62,492 bases of DNA from Rhizaria sp. SCN 62-66 (lineage: Eukaryota), in NCBI GenBank assembly GCA_001724265.1, contig MEDY01000148.1, positions 1 to 62,492 of the forward strand. The letters run 5' to 3'. The translations under genes were made by a program, and so were the position numbers. Positions 1-13,398 of this stretch are shown in pieces. A model generated the notes under the pieces. The model saw nothing but the letters and a program-made list of their open reading frames with translations. It did not search any database and was not told the DNA's origin. Every line of letters begins with the position of its first letter. Within the stretch, counting starts at the first letter, position 1.

Positions 1-1551
1 CACGGGTCGCGCACAGTCGCGCACATCGCTTTTCGTGTCGTTAACCGCACGAATAGGACTACGCTTGTTCATGTACAATACAATCTTGTTGTGGAGGTCA
101 ACAACGCCGTTTAAATGCAGATGGCTCACGGCAATCATTTTGCCGCTCATAACCTCGCGGATTGCATCTTCAACAGCGCCAGCAACAATCCATACCTCGT
201 CGCTAGAGTTACCAAGCACAATACTGTATAAATTCCTGCCACACGCATCAGAAACCCCATCATACGGTGCACGGGTTATTGTTTTGGTGTAGTATGCGTC
301 CAAGAGCGGAGGCATAGTCTCAGAAACATCCGCGGATCCGAACATGCGTGTGATTGATAGCTTCATCGGAATAATGGGCGCCTTGTCGAGCACTACGGGC
401 TTGATCTAGGGATACGCGGCCACAATCTGCGCTAGAATTGCAGGGTTGCGTCCTGAAAGAGAGCGCTGCAGCAGGCCTCTGAAACTGTCTTGCCTCCTCC
501 TCAGAACAAGGGAGCAGAGCAGCTCGCCGCCCGACTGCCAGAGCAGCGAGTTCGAGAGCTCCGCGCTGCGCTGCCCCAAACGCTCAATAAACCTCATCGC
601 GAGTTCAAAGCAGCGAAAACAGCCGCCAAACGCAGCGGACATCAGCAGATCCAGCTGTAGGTCGCGGCTGCGGAACACAATCGCGATCGGCGCGGCCGCG
701 CCTGAAGTCACATCGGCCGCAGCGTTCCCGGTGTCGTCGCTGTTGCTGTTCGTGAGGAATGCAACCATATCGGCGTTGCCGTTGTTCGCTGCGGCAATAA
801 GCGGATAAAACAGCTCTACGTGCAGCGCTTCCGAATCTGAGGGGAAGCTGTAGCCGCAAGAGCCTGTGTGGGTTCGCATGTCATCCCGCCCCCACAACTC
901 CCTACTTAAGAACTCGGCCGGGTCCAGGCCCCACAGAGGAGTTATGATTTCAACCAGTGTCATACTAAGCCCGCGGCGAGCGTATTCGTCGAATAAGCCA
1001 CGCCTTTGCTAGTTCAGCGCTGCCCACTGCGTCGGCGTCGAGGATGAAAAAAGCGCGCGCGCACAGGCGACGCGGTTCAGCAGTGCTGCTAACAAGAGCG
1101 CAGTCAAGTTCCTGGTGTGCGCAGTTGTGACGTCAGCACCAGTCTAAAGTAGCGCCGTAACAACGCGCGGGAGGTCGAAATGCACTGCAGTTGTGAGCGG
1201 AGACGATCCACGAGTCGTGAGAACGTTTTCGCGCTCGCGAGTTGGGAACAGGGGCAGGGGGGAGCGGCCGCTCAGGGCTAAGGTGTCATTGATGTACACG
1301 GCGTAAAACTCTGGCGACAACAGAGCATGCGCTGCAGCCATGTTGAATAGAACTTCGTCTTCAATGCTAGCTTTGATGTAGTCAACATCGTCACTCTCTG
1401 CATCTGCTGTTGCCGTTGTTGTTGTGCCAGAAGTTGCAGACGCTGCGAGCTGCTCTATAAGGCGCACGAGTGCAGCTGGCTTGCAAAAGGACTCAGTTAG
1501 CGCAAGTGTCTCCAGGTAGGAAACCGCACGGCCATTTATAATACGTTGCAT
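1..1551 (-). CDS. Ankyrin-repeat protein, 3' end runs off the window; one frame of 517 codons with three in-frame TAGs (1144-1146, 1009-1011, 406-408)
   Basis: Manual translation shows ORFs 1144..1551 and 406..963 share a frame that stays open to position 1 apart from the three TAGs. Ankyrin-like text: SPLTTAVHFDLPRVVTALL*TGADVTTAHTRNLTALLLAALLNRVACARAL and YPLIAAANNGNADMVAFL. Could be a pseudogene if TAG is a stop. Confidence 0.6.
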
Positions 1552-2029
1552 TTTTGGCGTTTGCAGTTCCTGTCACTGCTTTGGGTGTGATAAGATATCT
1601 GTCAGAGAGAGTATCGAAAGAAGCTGTTGGGGAAAACTTGAAAGAATGATACCGCATGATCAAGAGATTCATTGCCGAGTTAGTTAATATGTGCTTAATT
1701 AATAGTTAAATAAACACTATAATATGATGTTATAAAGACGAAATGCAGATAATCCATGATGTTTTATGCCAAACAAGAACACCCCTCCATGACTCCAAAC
1801 TCCACCACAAACACAAACCTGCTGATCACCATTTGGTCACGTCACCACTGGTCACAGTCACTTTACCCAACAAGGAGTTCGGAAGCACGTACGGACATTA
1901 GATCGGGATCACCACACATGTGTTGTTTGAGACCGTATATTCTTCGTTGTTTTTTAGAGAAACATATCTGTGTTATTGCTCCCATCCTTCCATACGTCTC
2001 CTCCAAATCACACAGGTTAACGCAGTCCG

Positions 2030-3014
2030 ATGAGTTCGCTCAGGCTGCTGACACCCGCCCTGCATCCAGAGCTCGTACGCGCAAAGAGTCTGTTGCGCCT
2101 TCCCATGGCGCACGCCTAGGGGCGGTTTGCCTTGGTGACGAGCTCCAACTCCGCTGCCGCTGTTCCAAGTCACGATTCGCGTCTCCTTCGCGGCAGCGAC
2201 AGCCACGTCCCCACGTCGTCTGTCTCCAAGCTTCCTGCTCTTGCTTTTAAGTCAACCACTTAAAATGCCTCAGGAACATGCACGTTCGTCAACGTGCCTT
2301 TGTGCATCACCAGTTGTTTTGTCTCTACCAGCGCTGCAACCGCGGCCTCTCTGGCCTCCGGCACTCCTGCCTCCGAAACTCCGACCTCCAACACTCCTGT
2401 CTCCAAAACGCCGACCTCTGACGCGATCTCCGAGATCCTGACCTCTGCCGCGAAAGCAAAGCCGACAACTGTTGAGGAAGCCCTTCGTGCGTCGATAGCG
2501 CACGCGGAGCTCGCGGTTGTTCGCCGGCTCAAAGAACACAATGCCGCAGTGGAGCAGGGGCTTTCCGCAGACGACCCCTAGACGGAGTTCCTCAAGGCTG
2601 AGGAGGCGCTCAATAAGATCAAAGCCAAGCTGGTGAGTCCGGAGGCAAAGCAGCGGCTTGAGAATGCAAACATGCAGGAGCAAAAGATGTAGAAACCAGG
2701 TTGATGCTGAGTTGTGTTTTGCTGACGCGAAGGCCGATGATGCAAACGGTCTTGCTGATGCTAAGGAAACACTTAGTATCGCACGCATCAAGAAAGAATG
2801 GGCGTCTGTCATCATGAATGTGCAAGGGTCCAAGTCGCAAAGACTGAGTGCGAGGTGCGCATTGCTGAGATCGACGCAAAGCTGAAGAGTCAGTAATAGA
2901 AATCCCGGGGGTCTGTTCGTGGGATGAGTTGTGACGACGACATCGTCGTTCTCAAAGCAGCTCAAGGATGCGAAGAAAGAGCTAGAGGATATTCTTAACG
3001 ATGCCCCTTTTTGA
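2030..3014 (+). pseudogene. Decayed gene for a Ser/Thr-rich and coiled-coil protein
   Basis: Frame from ATG 2030 (MSSLRLLTPALHPELVRAK...) carries TAG 2117, TAA 2261, TAG 2579, TAG 2690 and TGA 2702. Coiled-coil-like text continues in shifted frames (NQVDAELCFADAKADDANGLADAKE; EVRIAEIDAKLKSQ; KQLKDAKKELEDILNDAPF*). Confidence 0.45.
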
Positions 3015-3669
3015 CCATCCCAGGCGTGGAGCTTGATGGCCGGCGCAACTTCGGGTTTTACCACATGCGTAGTGTGTATTATTTATATTTGCGCATCATT
3101 GTTGGTGAAAGCATCTGCATTCTTTACTCTGCGGCTCGCTGTCAAGCAGTCAAGCATGCTTCGACGTGATTACTAATGCATCAGTTTCCAACGCATACGA
3201 TGCGACCACAACAACTTTCGATATGAATCGGACACGTGATTTTTCTTAGTATGCCGCAATAGAATTATACATGTTGTTGCGATTAACTTTACAGTTTTGC
3301 GTCATTTTGGACACATTTGTCATGCATTATTCATCGTGAGGCAGAACACTTGGAGTCTCCGGAGTAATCCTTTTAGTCCAGGACTGTAAAGAAGTGGTGG
3401 AGACGTGTCGCTGTTCAAATCAGAGCCACGTATGGAACGCCTACGCATGGTCATAGACTGCTAAATCGACCTATACGTTTTTGTGAATTATTGTATGTTA
3501 TGTATACGCGAATTATCGACTGACGAACGTTGTCCTCATCAACACAATACTTTCTCGACCCATTCACCGTCTTCCTCTTACAACTCGTAGCCTTACTTCC
3601 CCGCACTCTCCCACGCCAGACACACACATCTTAAGTCGACAAGCTACTTCCCAAAGCTTTACAACGGCC

Positions 3670-4739
3670 ATGTCTCGTGCTCGCTCTGCCTCAGGTTTGT
3701 CCAGCTCCTCATTACCTCATGCTACGCCCGCCTTTTGTCTCCCTCATTACGCCCCCACTCAAACTCACCTCACTACCTTGGCTCTCCTCCCCATGTTTTC
3801 CGCCACAGCGTCCTCGCTGCCGCCGAACCTTGTCGAGGTTTTGCAGGACTCTTTCGTCGAGAACAACTTTATCCCCGCCGTGCGCCAGGCGCTGATCTAC
3901 CTCGCCAACGAAGACCCAGATACCCCGGCCGTGCGCGTCGAAGTCGCGCGCGGCTGCCTCGAGACGGCGCTCGAGGCCGTCGAGACGGGCGCGCTCGTCC
4001 CCGCGCAGCAGGACGCGCTTGCGACGGAGCCCGTCTCCGCGGCCCTCTTTCTCGGCTTCGTGTACCTGGTCACGTCCGCCGTGCGCGGCCGCGTGCCGGA
4101 GAAGGTGATTGTCGAGGACCTCAAGAAGATGGGCTTTTCGGCCAGCTACGACGCCGAGTTCATCAGCAAGTTCAACGCCAAACGCGCCGACATTGAGGCT
4201 GCCGCGCTCACCAAGGTATGCCCTTAACCGCTACACCCACTCGCTTTTGATCTCAACTCTTTCTCTCATGATTCACCTTGTCAGGAACTTAGTCACTCAT
4301 GTTCTTGCTGTTCTACTGATACCATATTGCTTCTCTTTAGCGCATCACGCTGCCCGGCCTGGACCGCCTTGACTGGCGCGTGGACGTGGCGATTACGACG
4401 ACGCACCTCGTGCGCGCCTTCAAGCCCACGGTCACATTCCAGGTCACTGCCAGCGACGGCCGCATCCACACCTTCGAGTCCAGCGTCGACAAGTTCCACC
4501 AGGTACGGCGCAAAACATACTCGCTCTTGAACAACTATTGTGTATTTCAAAACAAAATTAGCTATTAACAGAAGCCACCGCTATATTTAAATGCTTCCAC
4601 TCAAACATGATCTCAACTCACCGATGTTGCTCTCTTTTGCGTGTGTACTTTTGTTTAGCTCCGTTTTAACGTTGCGCGTGTGCTTGCTGCGATGCAGAAC
4701 ATCGAGCAGCACCCCACGCTCAAGCGTCTTGTTGACTAA
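3670..4739 (+). CDS. COMMD5: COMM domain-containing protein 5-like; exons 3670-3694, 3809-4215, 4341-4502, 4659-4739
   Basis: Spliced C-terminus LPGLDRLDWRVDVAITTTHLVRAFKPTVTFQVTASDGRIHTFESSVDKFHQLRFNVARVLAAMQNIE matches the COMM domain (WRVDV motif) of COMMD5. GT-AG introns keep frame; TAA stop. Confidence 0.85.
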
Positions 4740-5931
4740 GCATGACGTATGTGCAGAACTGTCATCTGTGTTTTTCGTGTTGTGTGTGTGATGGATGCTG
4801 TTAATGGAGTTAATGTGTGATTACAATTATGTAGTTGTTTGTCGTAATGTATGTTTATTAATATTCGATACAAAGTATGTTTGAAACCACTCTCGCAGTA
4901 TCTCTGTTTTGTTGCCGCCGCGGCAGCAGGACACCGGCGTTTCGTGGGACGGCTGGCGATAGTGTTCCAGCGACTGCGCCGCTGGGTGAAGCGAATGCTC
5001 CTGTTGGACTTTGAACTCCAAGCGCCACCCGCGAGTGACACTGAGTCCATCGCTCTTGTCCCCAGTGCCACTCCTAGTGCTCGTCTCCGTGTAATTACGC
5101 GTCATGGTTCGGCCGGTTGCAGAGCGCTTCACACCCGCGTGGGCGCGTGTCTTCGAAACACAGCTCGTGCGGCTCCTGCGGATGCTCACCTTCGTGGCAC
5201 CGTCGACGCTCTCATCAAATCTGTTTGATGAGAATGTAAACATTAATGTCAATAACGTAAGATACTTAGTTCACATGATTGAATGTGTGGCACAAATCCG
5301 TGCATATACAGACTCAAACTTTCTCTACTCGCTCTAAATCGATCACATATGGAATAATATAGTATGAAATTCCGTATACCACCGTAACGTAGCTTCTATC
5401 CAATGTCTGTCGATGCTATCCGAACAAATGCAATGATACAGCGTTGGAACGAAGCCAAGTTACAAATCTTCCATGCTGATATATGTCATCATAATGGCGC
5501 ATCTAGAGTGGTATATGTCATTTTGTATCTCAAATGCAAGATTGTTTTAAATATCTTCTCATCGCAGTCGAGACTGACGTCCGGGCTGAGACATCTTCTC
5601 AATAGTGCTATTTTTGATATGTCGACCACAAACAAAAGTTGACCAGAAAAGCTGAATGCAAGTGTGTTTGGAGTAACGCTTTGCTTTCGTGGTATTGAAC
5701 ACAGTGCATACAGATGCGAGTTCTGAAAACATGCCCGGGTGGCTTTTCTATTCACAATCATTGTTAAATTGTGCGTATGCGCGTTTACTGAGGCAATCAA
5801 ATGACTTGCTTAGCATGCACCCTGATTCCTGTGCTCACTTCTGTCCGACCTACATTCGCTCTTCTCCAACCTATCCCCTCTCATTAGCGGTTTCACGCGT
5901 CACTGTCCGCGCGGTCGACGTTGGTGTACCT

Positions 5932-6849
5932 ATGTTCCCCACGGTATTCGACTCGCGCTCGCCTAGCCCGGCTGGAAAGATGCTTTCCGGCACAGGTCCC
6001 CAGAAGGCTGGGTCTACAGGCTCCGCTCCTGGCGCTGGCCCTCGTCCTGCTGCACCGTCTTCCGCCGCAGTCGTCCCCGCGCAGCGCCGCGACGGGCCTG
6101 CCCCTGATCCTGTCTCTCTGTCCGCCGCGCTCCTTGCTCCCGGTGGCACGTCCTCGCTCACTGAGGCACAGATCCAGGACATTGTCAAGCAGAACGACGA
6201 GTTGCGCCTCCGACTGCGTGACTTCTCAAGTGCACTCGACCGTGCGCTGCGCAGTGCCAGCACGGGTGGCCCTGCGGCGGCTGCCAAGGCCGCTGGCAAC
6301 GTCCGTATCTCCACATCGGTTCAAGACCCCGAGGTCGCGAACATGCAGAAGCAGATGGACATCGTGCGGCGCGAGCGCGACGAGCTCCGGCGCCAGGCCG
6401 AGAACAACCCGTCGCTGGCCCGCGTGCAGGAGCTGGAGAACAAGCTCCGCGCTTCGCAGGACGAGACCAAGGCCGCCAAGAAGGAGTGCGACGTGATCAA
6501 GCTAGACCTTAAGCGCGCGCAGGACGCGCTGGCCGCCGTGCCCAAGCGGATGCAGGAGCTTGAGGCCCGCGAGCAGAGCAACCTGGACACCGTAGCGGGG
6601 TACAAGGAGAAGATGAAGGAGTATCAGGTGCGGCACGATCGCGACGAGGCCCAGATGCGCGCTGACAAGGCCCGCCTTGTGGACCTCGAGATGACACTCC
6701 GCAAGGCCAACTCCGGCGGCGCCAACGCTAACAGCAACAGCTCTGCAAGTGCGAACACCACGATGAACAGCAGCAAGAGCATCAGTGGCAACGCTTATGT
6801 CGGCGGCAGCGGCAGTGCCAACGTGACTGTGAGTGCTGGCAATAACAGC

Positions 6850-6908
<59 letters not shown>

Positions 6909-7035
6909 GACTGCTGGTGCCAACGGCAACAGTCGGTTTGCTCCTGCGTCGCCGCTGCTGCCGCCTATTGCCGGCGCGGCCAACAGCAACACTCAGCAGA
7001 ACGCCACCGCTCATACGAACGTCAATGCCAACAGC

Positions 7036-7075
<40 letters not shown>

Positions 7076-8985
7076 CCGGTGCCGGTGCCGCTCGCTCTGG
7101 CTGGATCAAGTCACCCCAGAGCAAGATCATCATTGCTCCGAAGAAGCCTGCCGCCGCAGGCGCTTCTGCGAGCCCTGCCAGTCCCCCTCAGCAGCAGCAG
7201 TACAAGCCCAGCCCGAGCCCGGCCCAGTCTAAGCCCCACGCGGCTGATGGTAAAGACGGCAAGGATGGTAAAGACGGCAAGGATGCCAAGCCGCACGCGC
7301 ATGACGCTAAGTCGCATGCCCCGGAAGCCAAGCCGCATGCCGCTGAGGCGAAGCAGCATGCCGCGGAAGTCAAGCCGACCCCGTCCAAGCCTGAGGCGGC
7401 GGCCAGCGCCAACGCGCACAACAGCGCCCAGCCTGCGACTCCTTCGTCTCCGACGGCCAACGCGACTATCACCGCCGGCCCCATCAGCGCGAGCGCGAGC
7501 GTCACTGTGGCCGGCAGCGGCGCGGCGGTTCGTCGGCCGTCGACTGCGATGGACTCTGCGATCGTGGCCGCGCTGAGCGGCGTGTTCGACGGCGGCGATC
7601 ACGGCGAGGGCCACGGCCACGGCGACGACGAGATCGACACCGCAACACCGGTCGGACACACCGCGACGGTCGCCGCGCTCAACGGCAAAGACCACGGTGG
7701 TGCGCACGATGACGGTGCCAAGAAAAAGGAGGACGAAGAGAAGGTTAAGGCTGCTAAGTCTAAAGCTGAGGCTGAGGCTGCTGCTGAGGCTGCCGCTAAG
7801 GCTAAGGCCAAGGCTGACGCGGATGCTAAGGCCAAGGCTGATGCGGAGGCTAAGGCCAAGGCTGACGCGGAGGCTAAAGCTAAGGCTGACGCAGATGCTA
7901 AGGCCAAGGCTGACGCGGATGCTAAAGCTAAGGCGGATGCTGAGGCCAAGGCAAAAGCAGATGTCAAGGCTAAGGCTGAGGCTGATGCAGAGGCTAAGTC
8001 TAAGGCAGAGGCTGAGACCAAGGCCAAGGCCAGGGCTGAGGCCGCTGCCAATGCTAAGGCTGAGGCTAATGCACATGCCAAGGCTAAGGCTGAGGCTGAG
8101 ACTAAGGCTAAGGCTGACGCGGAGGCGAAGGCTGATGCCGACACCAAGCATAAGGCTGATGGTGCTGCTAACGCGGAGCACAAGGACAAGAATAGCGACA
8201 ACAACGACGACGACGACGACGACGAGGCTCTTAACGGCGACGAGAGTGCCGGCTCCAAGCTCTTTGCCAGCGACAGCGACGACGATGACAAGGACGCCGC
8301 GGGCAGCAACAACAAGCCCAAGGATGACGACCACAAGAAGGCCGCCGACGATAACGACGGCCAAAAGGGCGACAAGAGCGGCGACAAGAAGCACGACTCC
8401 AAGCCCAACACCCCCAAGGTCCACGCCTCGCTCACTGTCCCTGCCGCTGCCGACGCCGACCACGCGAGCACTCCGAGCAAGTCGGCCGACTTGGCCGAGG
8501 ATGCGGGCGACAAGAGAGCTGTGGCGACGCCACGCTTGCAGCCGCGGCCGCCGTCTGCGCCGAGGGTGGGGACCGCGCCGCGCTCTCCGGCTCGGCTCGT
8601 CAGCAGTCACGATAAGGCCGGCCGCGAAGGCCACGACAGCAGCGACAAGGGCGACGACGGTCATGAGGACGTGTACAAGGAAGGCGTGCCTAGCAGTGCT
8701 GAGGACGCTCATAGTGACGATGAGAGTCCCAAGAGTGCTCACCACGACGACAATGACGCAGCGTCTAAGCAGGGCAGTCCTAAGAACGCTCACGATGACA
8801 AGGACGAGGACGCTCACAAGGACGACCACGGTGCAAAGAATGTGCATGTTGAAGAGGGCAAGGATAAGGCCCACGATGCGCATAAGAAGGACGACGGCCA
8901 TGAGGCTCACAAGGACGAGAAGCATGATAAGAGCAAGAGCAAGGCAGACGATGATATGAATATGGGCTCTGATCTTGACGATTGA
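5932..8985 (+). CDS. Hypothetical ~1,017 aa protein: N-terminal coiled coil, poly-Asn, AKAKAD/E repeats, Asp/His/Lys-rich tail
   Basis: Long ORF with strong GC3 bias from about 5932. ATG chosen downstream of an acceptor-like TAG at 5885-5887; start could be 5980. TGA stop. Confidence 0.8.
6850..6906 (+). repeat. (AAC)19 coding microsatellite, poly-Asn
   Basis: Perfect AAC run inside the CDS. Confidence 0.95.
7750..8165 (+). repeat. Coding tandem repeat, ~24 bp unit encoding AKAKADA(D/E)
   Basis: Repeated gctaaggccaaggctgacgcgga-type units; Ala/Lys/Glu helical repeat. Confidence 0.9.
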
Positions 8986-9419
8986 ACATTAAAAACACGC
9001 ACACTTTAATATAACCGATAATATGACACTCATTCGGACGACTCTTTTCAAATACTATCATTACATTGCACATCAGGGTGGATCCACCCTAACGGGCCAG
9101 CACTACTTCAAGAATACACTTTCTGTTCGCCTTCGTTATGCTTCTAATGTATTTGTATTTGACTGTAAACTTAAGACTATGAAGATGTTTCAACATGTAC
9201 ATTGTAGCACATTTTCATTTGTGCCCTCCTTGCGACTGACTGTGGTTAGTGGGACCCACATTTAAGAGAAAACGAGAAAATACCAAGAGGTTAGTTTCGC
9301 ACTGAAACTAAATCAAAGTAAAAAAAAATAAACATATTTAAGTTGTAAAAATGTGTATATCTATAGAATATTGTTTAAACTACGTAGAATAATTAATGGA
9401 ACTGATAAATCGTGATAAT

Positions 9420-12400
9420 TTAATTTTCAACAAAATGAAGCACTTCAGCGACGACAGCAGCAGTCTCTTGTGATGCCCCCGTTGCCGCGGCCGCTGCGGC
9501 CAACCGCGCAGCCGCTGCGCTGCCTGCAACAAACGGTTTTTGCAGCAACACACGCTCCATCAGTGCACACTCTGCACGCGAGAGCTGTGAGCTGAGCATG
9601 AACAGTCGCGCCATCGACGTTTCCGACACAATCGCAGGCGAAACAGTCTCAGTCTCAGTTGCGTTGATGTTTTTGGAACTGTACTGATTATGAATAAACA
9701 GCAAATGACGCGCTGCCTGTGAAAGGGCGCGTTTCACAGCGTCAGAACGCATAAAATCTCTATCAGAGCTGCTCGTGTTGTTCCTGTCGTCGTTCATCTT
9801 GACAGTGATGAGGAGTGTGGTCAGATTGGCTGGCGAGTCCAGCACCGTTGACAACAGCGCCAAGCCGCCGTCAAGTAAAGTTGGCTCAGTTGACTGCGCT
9901 TGCGATAAGTCCGTCAGAAGCGCCGGAACTAACTCTTGCAACAGGGTCTCATCCAAGTCTTTCGCGCTGTTGCTGCTCGTGGACTTTGTCGAGGCAACGG
10001 CCCCCCTGGCGCCACCCTTGGCGCGCCCAAGCGTCTCGCGCGCGTCCGCACCACCCGCCACAGAAAAAACCACAGTCGCCGAGCGTAGTACACGCAGTGC
10101 AAGGCCGCGCAGCGCGGGCAACACACTCGCACCCCAGTCGGACTGTGTCGGCAACGCTTGCGGGATGTCCGTGGTGACCGCGCCGAGCACGGTCACACCG
10201 GCGGCCAGCGACGCCGCGTAGCACACGTTGAGCACGCTGTGCGTCACGGGGGCGAGATACGGGTGCAATGCAGCAGCGCGGCGCACGAGCTCCCGGTCGG
10301 CGTGCCACACACTGCTGACGGTTGAGTCTGCGGTACTTGGACCAGAAACAGCGAGACACCAGCGGTGCGCATCAAGAGCAATGGCATGAGCGACGGATGT
10401 AAGAGCCGACTGCGCCTGCGCAGCAACAAGCGCGGGAAGAAGCACAGACGCGCACCACGCAACGCACCGCGCAGCTGACGCAGTTGCCGCAGCGACGCTA
10501 GGGCCGGACTCATTGTTTGCCTCATCATTGTTGTCACTGTTCTTCGCAGCTGTGAGCACTGAGAGCGCAAGCGCAGCAACGTCAGGCGCGTTCGCCAGCA
10601 GCTGCGGCAGAATTGGTGCAAGCGTGAACGCTGACGCCGCAGTCTCCGCTACCGTGCACGCCGCCACAGCCTTGGCCTCAGCCGCTGCGGCTTCGCTGGC
10701 AATGCGAGCAATAATAGCATCAGATGTTACCTCCTTGGACGGAGTGCTAGGGTCAGTGAAAGGGACAGTCGCAGAGGCGAGCGTCGACGCGGACGAGAGC
10801 GGCGCGCTTACACCAAGAAGCAAGAGAGTAAGGGCGGCTTGGGTTCCAGCCGCGAGGCTCTCCGAGTCAAACCCCGAGTATATACCAGTATCAGCACCAT
10901 AGACCTTTGCAGTTGCAGTCGTTGTCGTGGAGTCGACACCTGCAGCCGCTGCGGCCAGCGGCACGATCGCGGAGAACCGCCCAGGTGCGTCGGCAAGCAA
11001 CACGCCACTGTGGGGCAACGCACGCGCGCGGGCACTGGGCAACGCTGACGAAATCACACCACCCGACGCGGAGGCCGAACTCCCCTGCAACAATTCTTCA
11101 TTCGCTGGAGTTGATGCAGTTGCCGAAACGTGCGCATTGCTAGTCGTGACATGGACAGCGGTGGACGACAGCAATGGCATCGACACGGCAACGCTTGTGT
11201 TGGAGTGCGTTGTCGTGGGAAGTGACGGCAGGTGCATCGCACCAGAGCCAGTGATGTTGACCCTCCGCAACACGCGTGCCCACAACGAGCGCACCTGGTT
11301 CCGACTGGCTCTGACATCAGCAACACTCACACTTGGCGTGAGCACCGATGCGGCTGTAATAGCAGCGGCAAGCAGGGCCACCGACGCAGTGGCGTCGGCC
11401 CAGCTCGCTGTTGTCACCAGCCGCTGCCTCCACTTCTGGTTGTGCACCCCCTTAGACGAAGATGTAAGTCCCTCCTTCGGCAGAGGCGCACTGGGAGTAA
11501 GGTGCAACATTGTGCCCAAGTGATGAGCAATGGTCGCGCCGGTGCCGGCGTGGCGGCTGAGCAAAGACCAAAGACGCTCACCGTCATTTGCAGTGGAGAT
11601 GATCAGGGCGCACGTGCGCGTGAGTACAATCAACGCGCGAGTCAGCGCGAGCGCTAAGCCACTGTGCTAACTCTTGTTCCCGCTATTCTGGGCATTCGCA
11701 TCCGCCAAAGCAGTCTGCTTTTGGAGCTGCGCGTGCGTAGAGAGCAACTGCAGCCTGCGGCGGGTTGCGCGGCGGTCGCCACGGCTCACGCCACGGCTAA
11801 CACTGCCGTTGCTCGTCCTCTGAACGCCAGATACAGTGGTTGCAGCAACGCCTGCGATGTTGCTCGAGGGCGCAACAGTTGCCGCTGTCACGGCGACGCT
11901 ATCCGCCGAGGTTGCGCTGCTGTTCGTCGGGGATTGCGATATACTCGAAGTCAGAGGATTGAAGGGTGCCGCATCGGCGGAAAGCGTCGATGTGCTAAGA
12001 CTGAGTGGTGAGGCACTTACATCGGTGACAAGTTGCTGGTCGGAGCCATCACCGCCGTCATTTTCATTCTCACGTTCCACTGTTGCTGTATCCCCAGTCA
12101 CTACATTCACATCTTTATCGGCGGGCACGCGAGCATCCGTTTTGCCATCGCTGACATCACTCACGCGCATGTGCGCAAATGCAACGAGGTTTGTCATCAC
12201 AGCCGCAGTCGCCACCAACAGTGCTGGCAGGGCCGCCGCAGCAGCATCAGGGTCTGCGCGCGCCGCTTGCGCGACACTACTCCAACCGGAACCAGCGCGA
12301 GCACTGGCGACTGCAACTGCAACGGCGGCAGATGCAAGTCCGTGGCCACCGGGCGTCACACACACATCCCGTGCAAGCGCCTCCGTAGTGTCATTCGCGG

Positions 12401-12807
12401 TTGCGGCGACAACAACAGCATTCGCTGAGGCTACAGCGGCAACACGGTGTGTAGCGTCAGTGCTTGTGCTGTTGTGCGTGAGCGCGAGAGTAAGTGCGCG
12501 AGCCGCCGAGGCAACATGCGAAAACGCACCAGTGGATGCGATTGAGTCGCACTCAACAGCATCACCGTTCTTTTCTTCGAGACCAGCGTCCGCGTCAGCT
12601 GCACTCCTGGTTTTCTCAGTGTCACCGTCGCCAGCGACAGTGGCAGCAGCCTCGGCAAACTCAGCTGCAGCCAGCGCTTCAGCGCGCCTGGCAGTCGTCT
12701 TGTTCTTCTTCTTGAGGCGCAGGTGGTACTTGCGCGCCGCGATAGCGCCCGCCACGGCCTCGGTCACAATCGCGGGGTCACTGTACGGGCCCTGACCTTG
12801 TTGTTGC

Positions 12808-12839
<32 letters not shown>

Positions 12840-13353
12840 AAACTGCGCGTCGGCACCAACAGCAGACGTACTTGCCGCCGCCTCAACGGCATCTGCGCCG
12901 TTATTGGTGGCAACCGCAGCGGCACCAGAGCCCACGTTCGCCCCATTCGGGACATTAACACTGTTGCTCTTGCGCCGCTTGGCGCGCCACTCCTTTTCCC
13001 GCGCCACGTGCTCGGCAGTGCGCAGGTGCGCGAGCACTGCGGCGGCACCCACGCCGGCCGCGGCGCCGCACGCACGGCACCGCATGCGCGTCGGGCGCCG
13101 CGGGTATGAGATGAGCCCTGAAGTTAAGCCGCTGCCGGAGCCGGAGCCCGGGGAGGTCACGCTCCCGCCCTGGGAGGCGACGACGCCGCTAGGGGACGCG
13201 GTGACGCTGCCGGTCGCGCTCGGCACAGGCAGCGCTGCAGTGTTCAGCAGCGCGGCAGCTGCTGCGGCATCTGTGGCGCCAGCGGTAGGCGTCGCGGCGC
13301 GCGACGGCATCGCAGACACGGGGACACTGGCGTTCACAGAAGTCACTCCATTG

Positions 13354-13398
<45 letters not shown>

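Noticed and set aside
4851..5337. GC-richer patch with short ORFs after COMMD5
   Set aside because: May be a gene relic, but no consistent frame, splice model or motif.
7111..8925. Long antisense and alternate-frame ORFs (also 43361-44629, 53529-54791 and many within 9.4-31 kb)
   Set aside because: Shadows of GC-rich, repetitive, codon-biased genes; no independent motifs.
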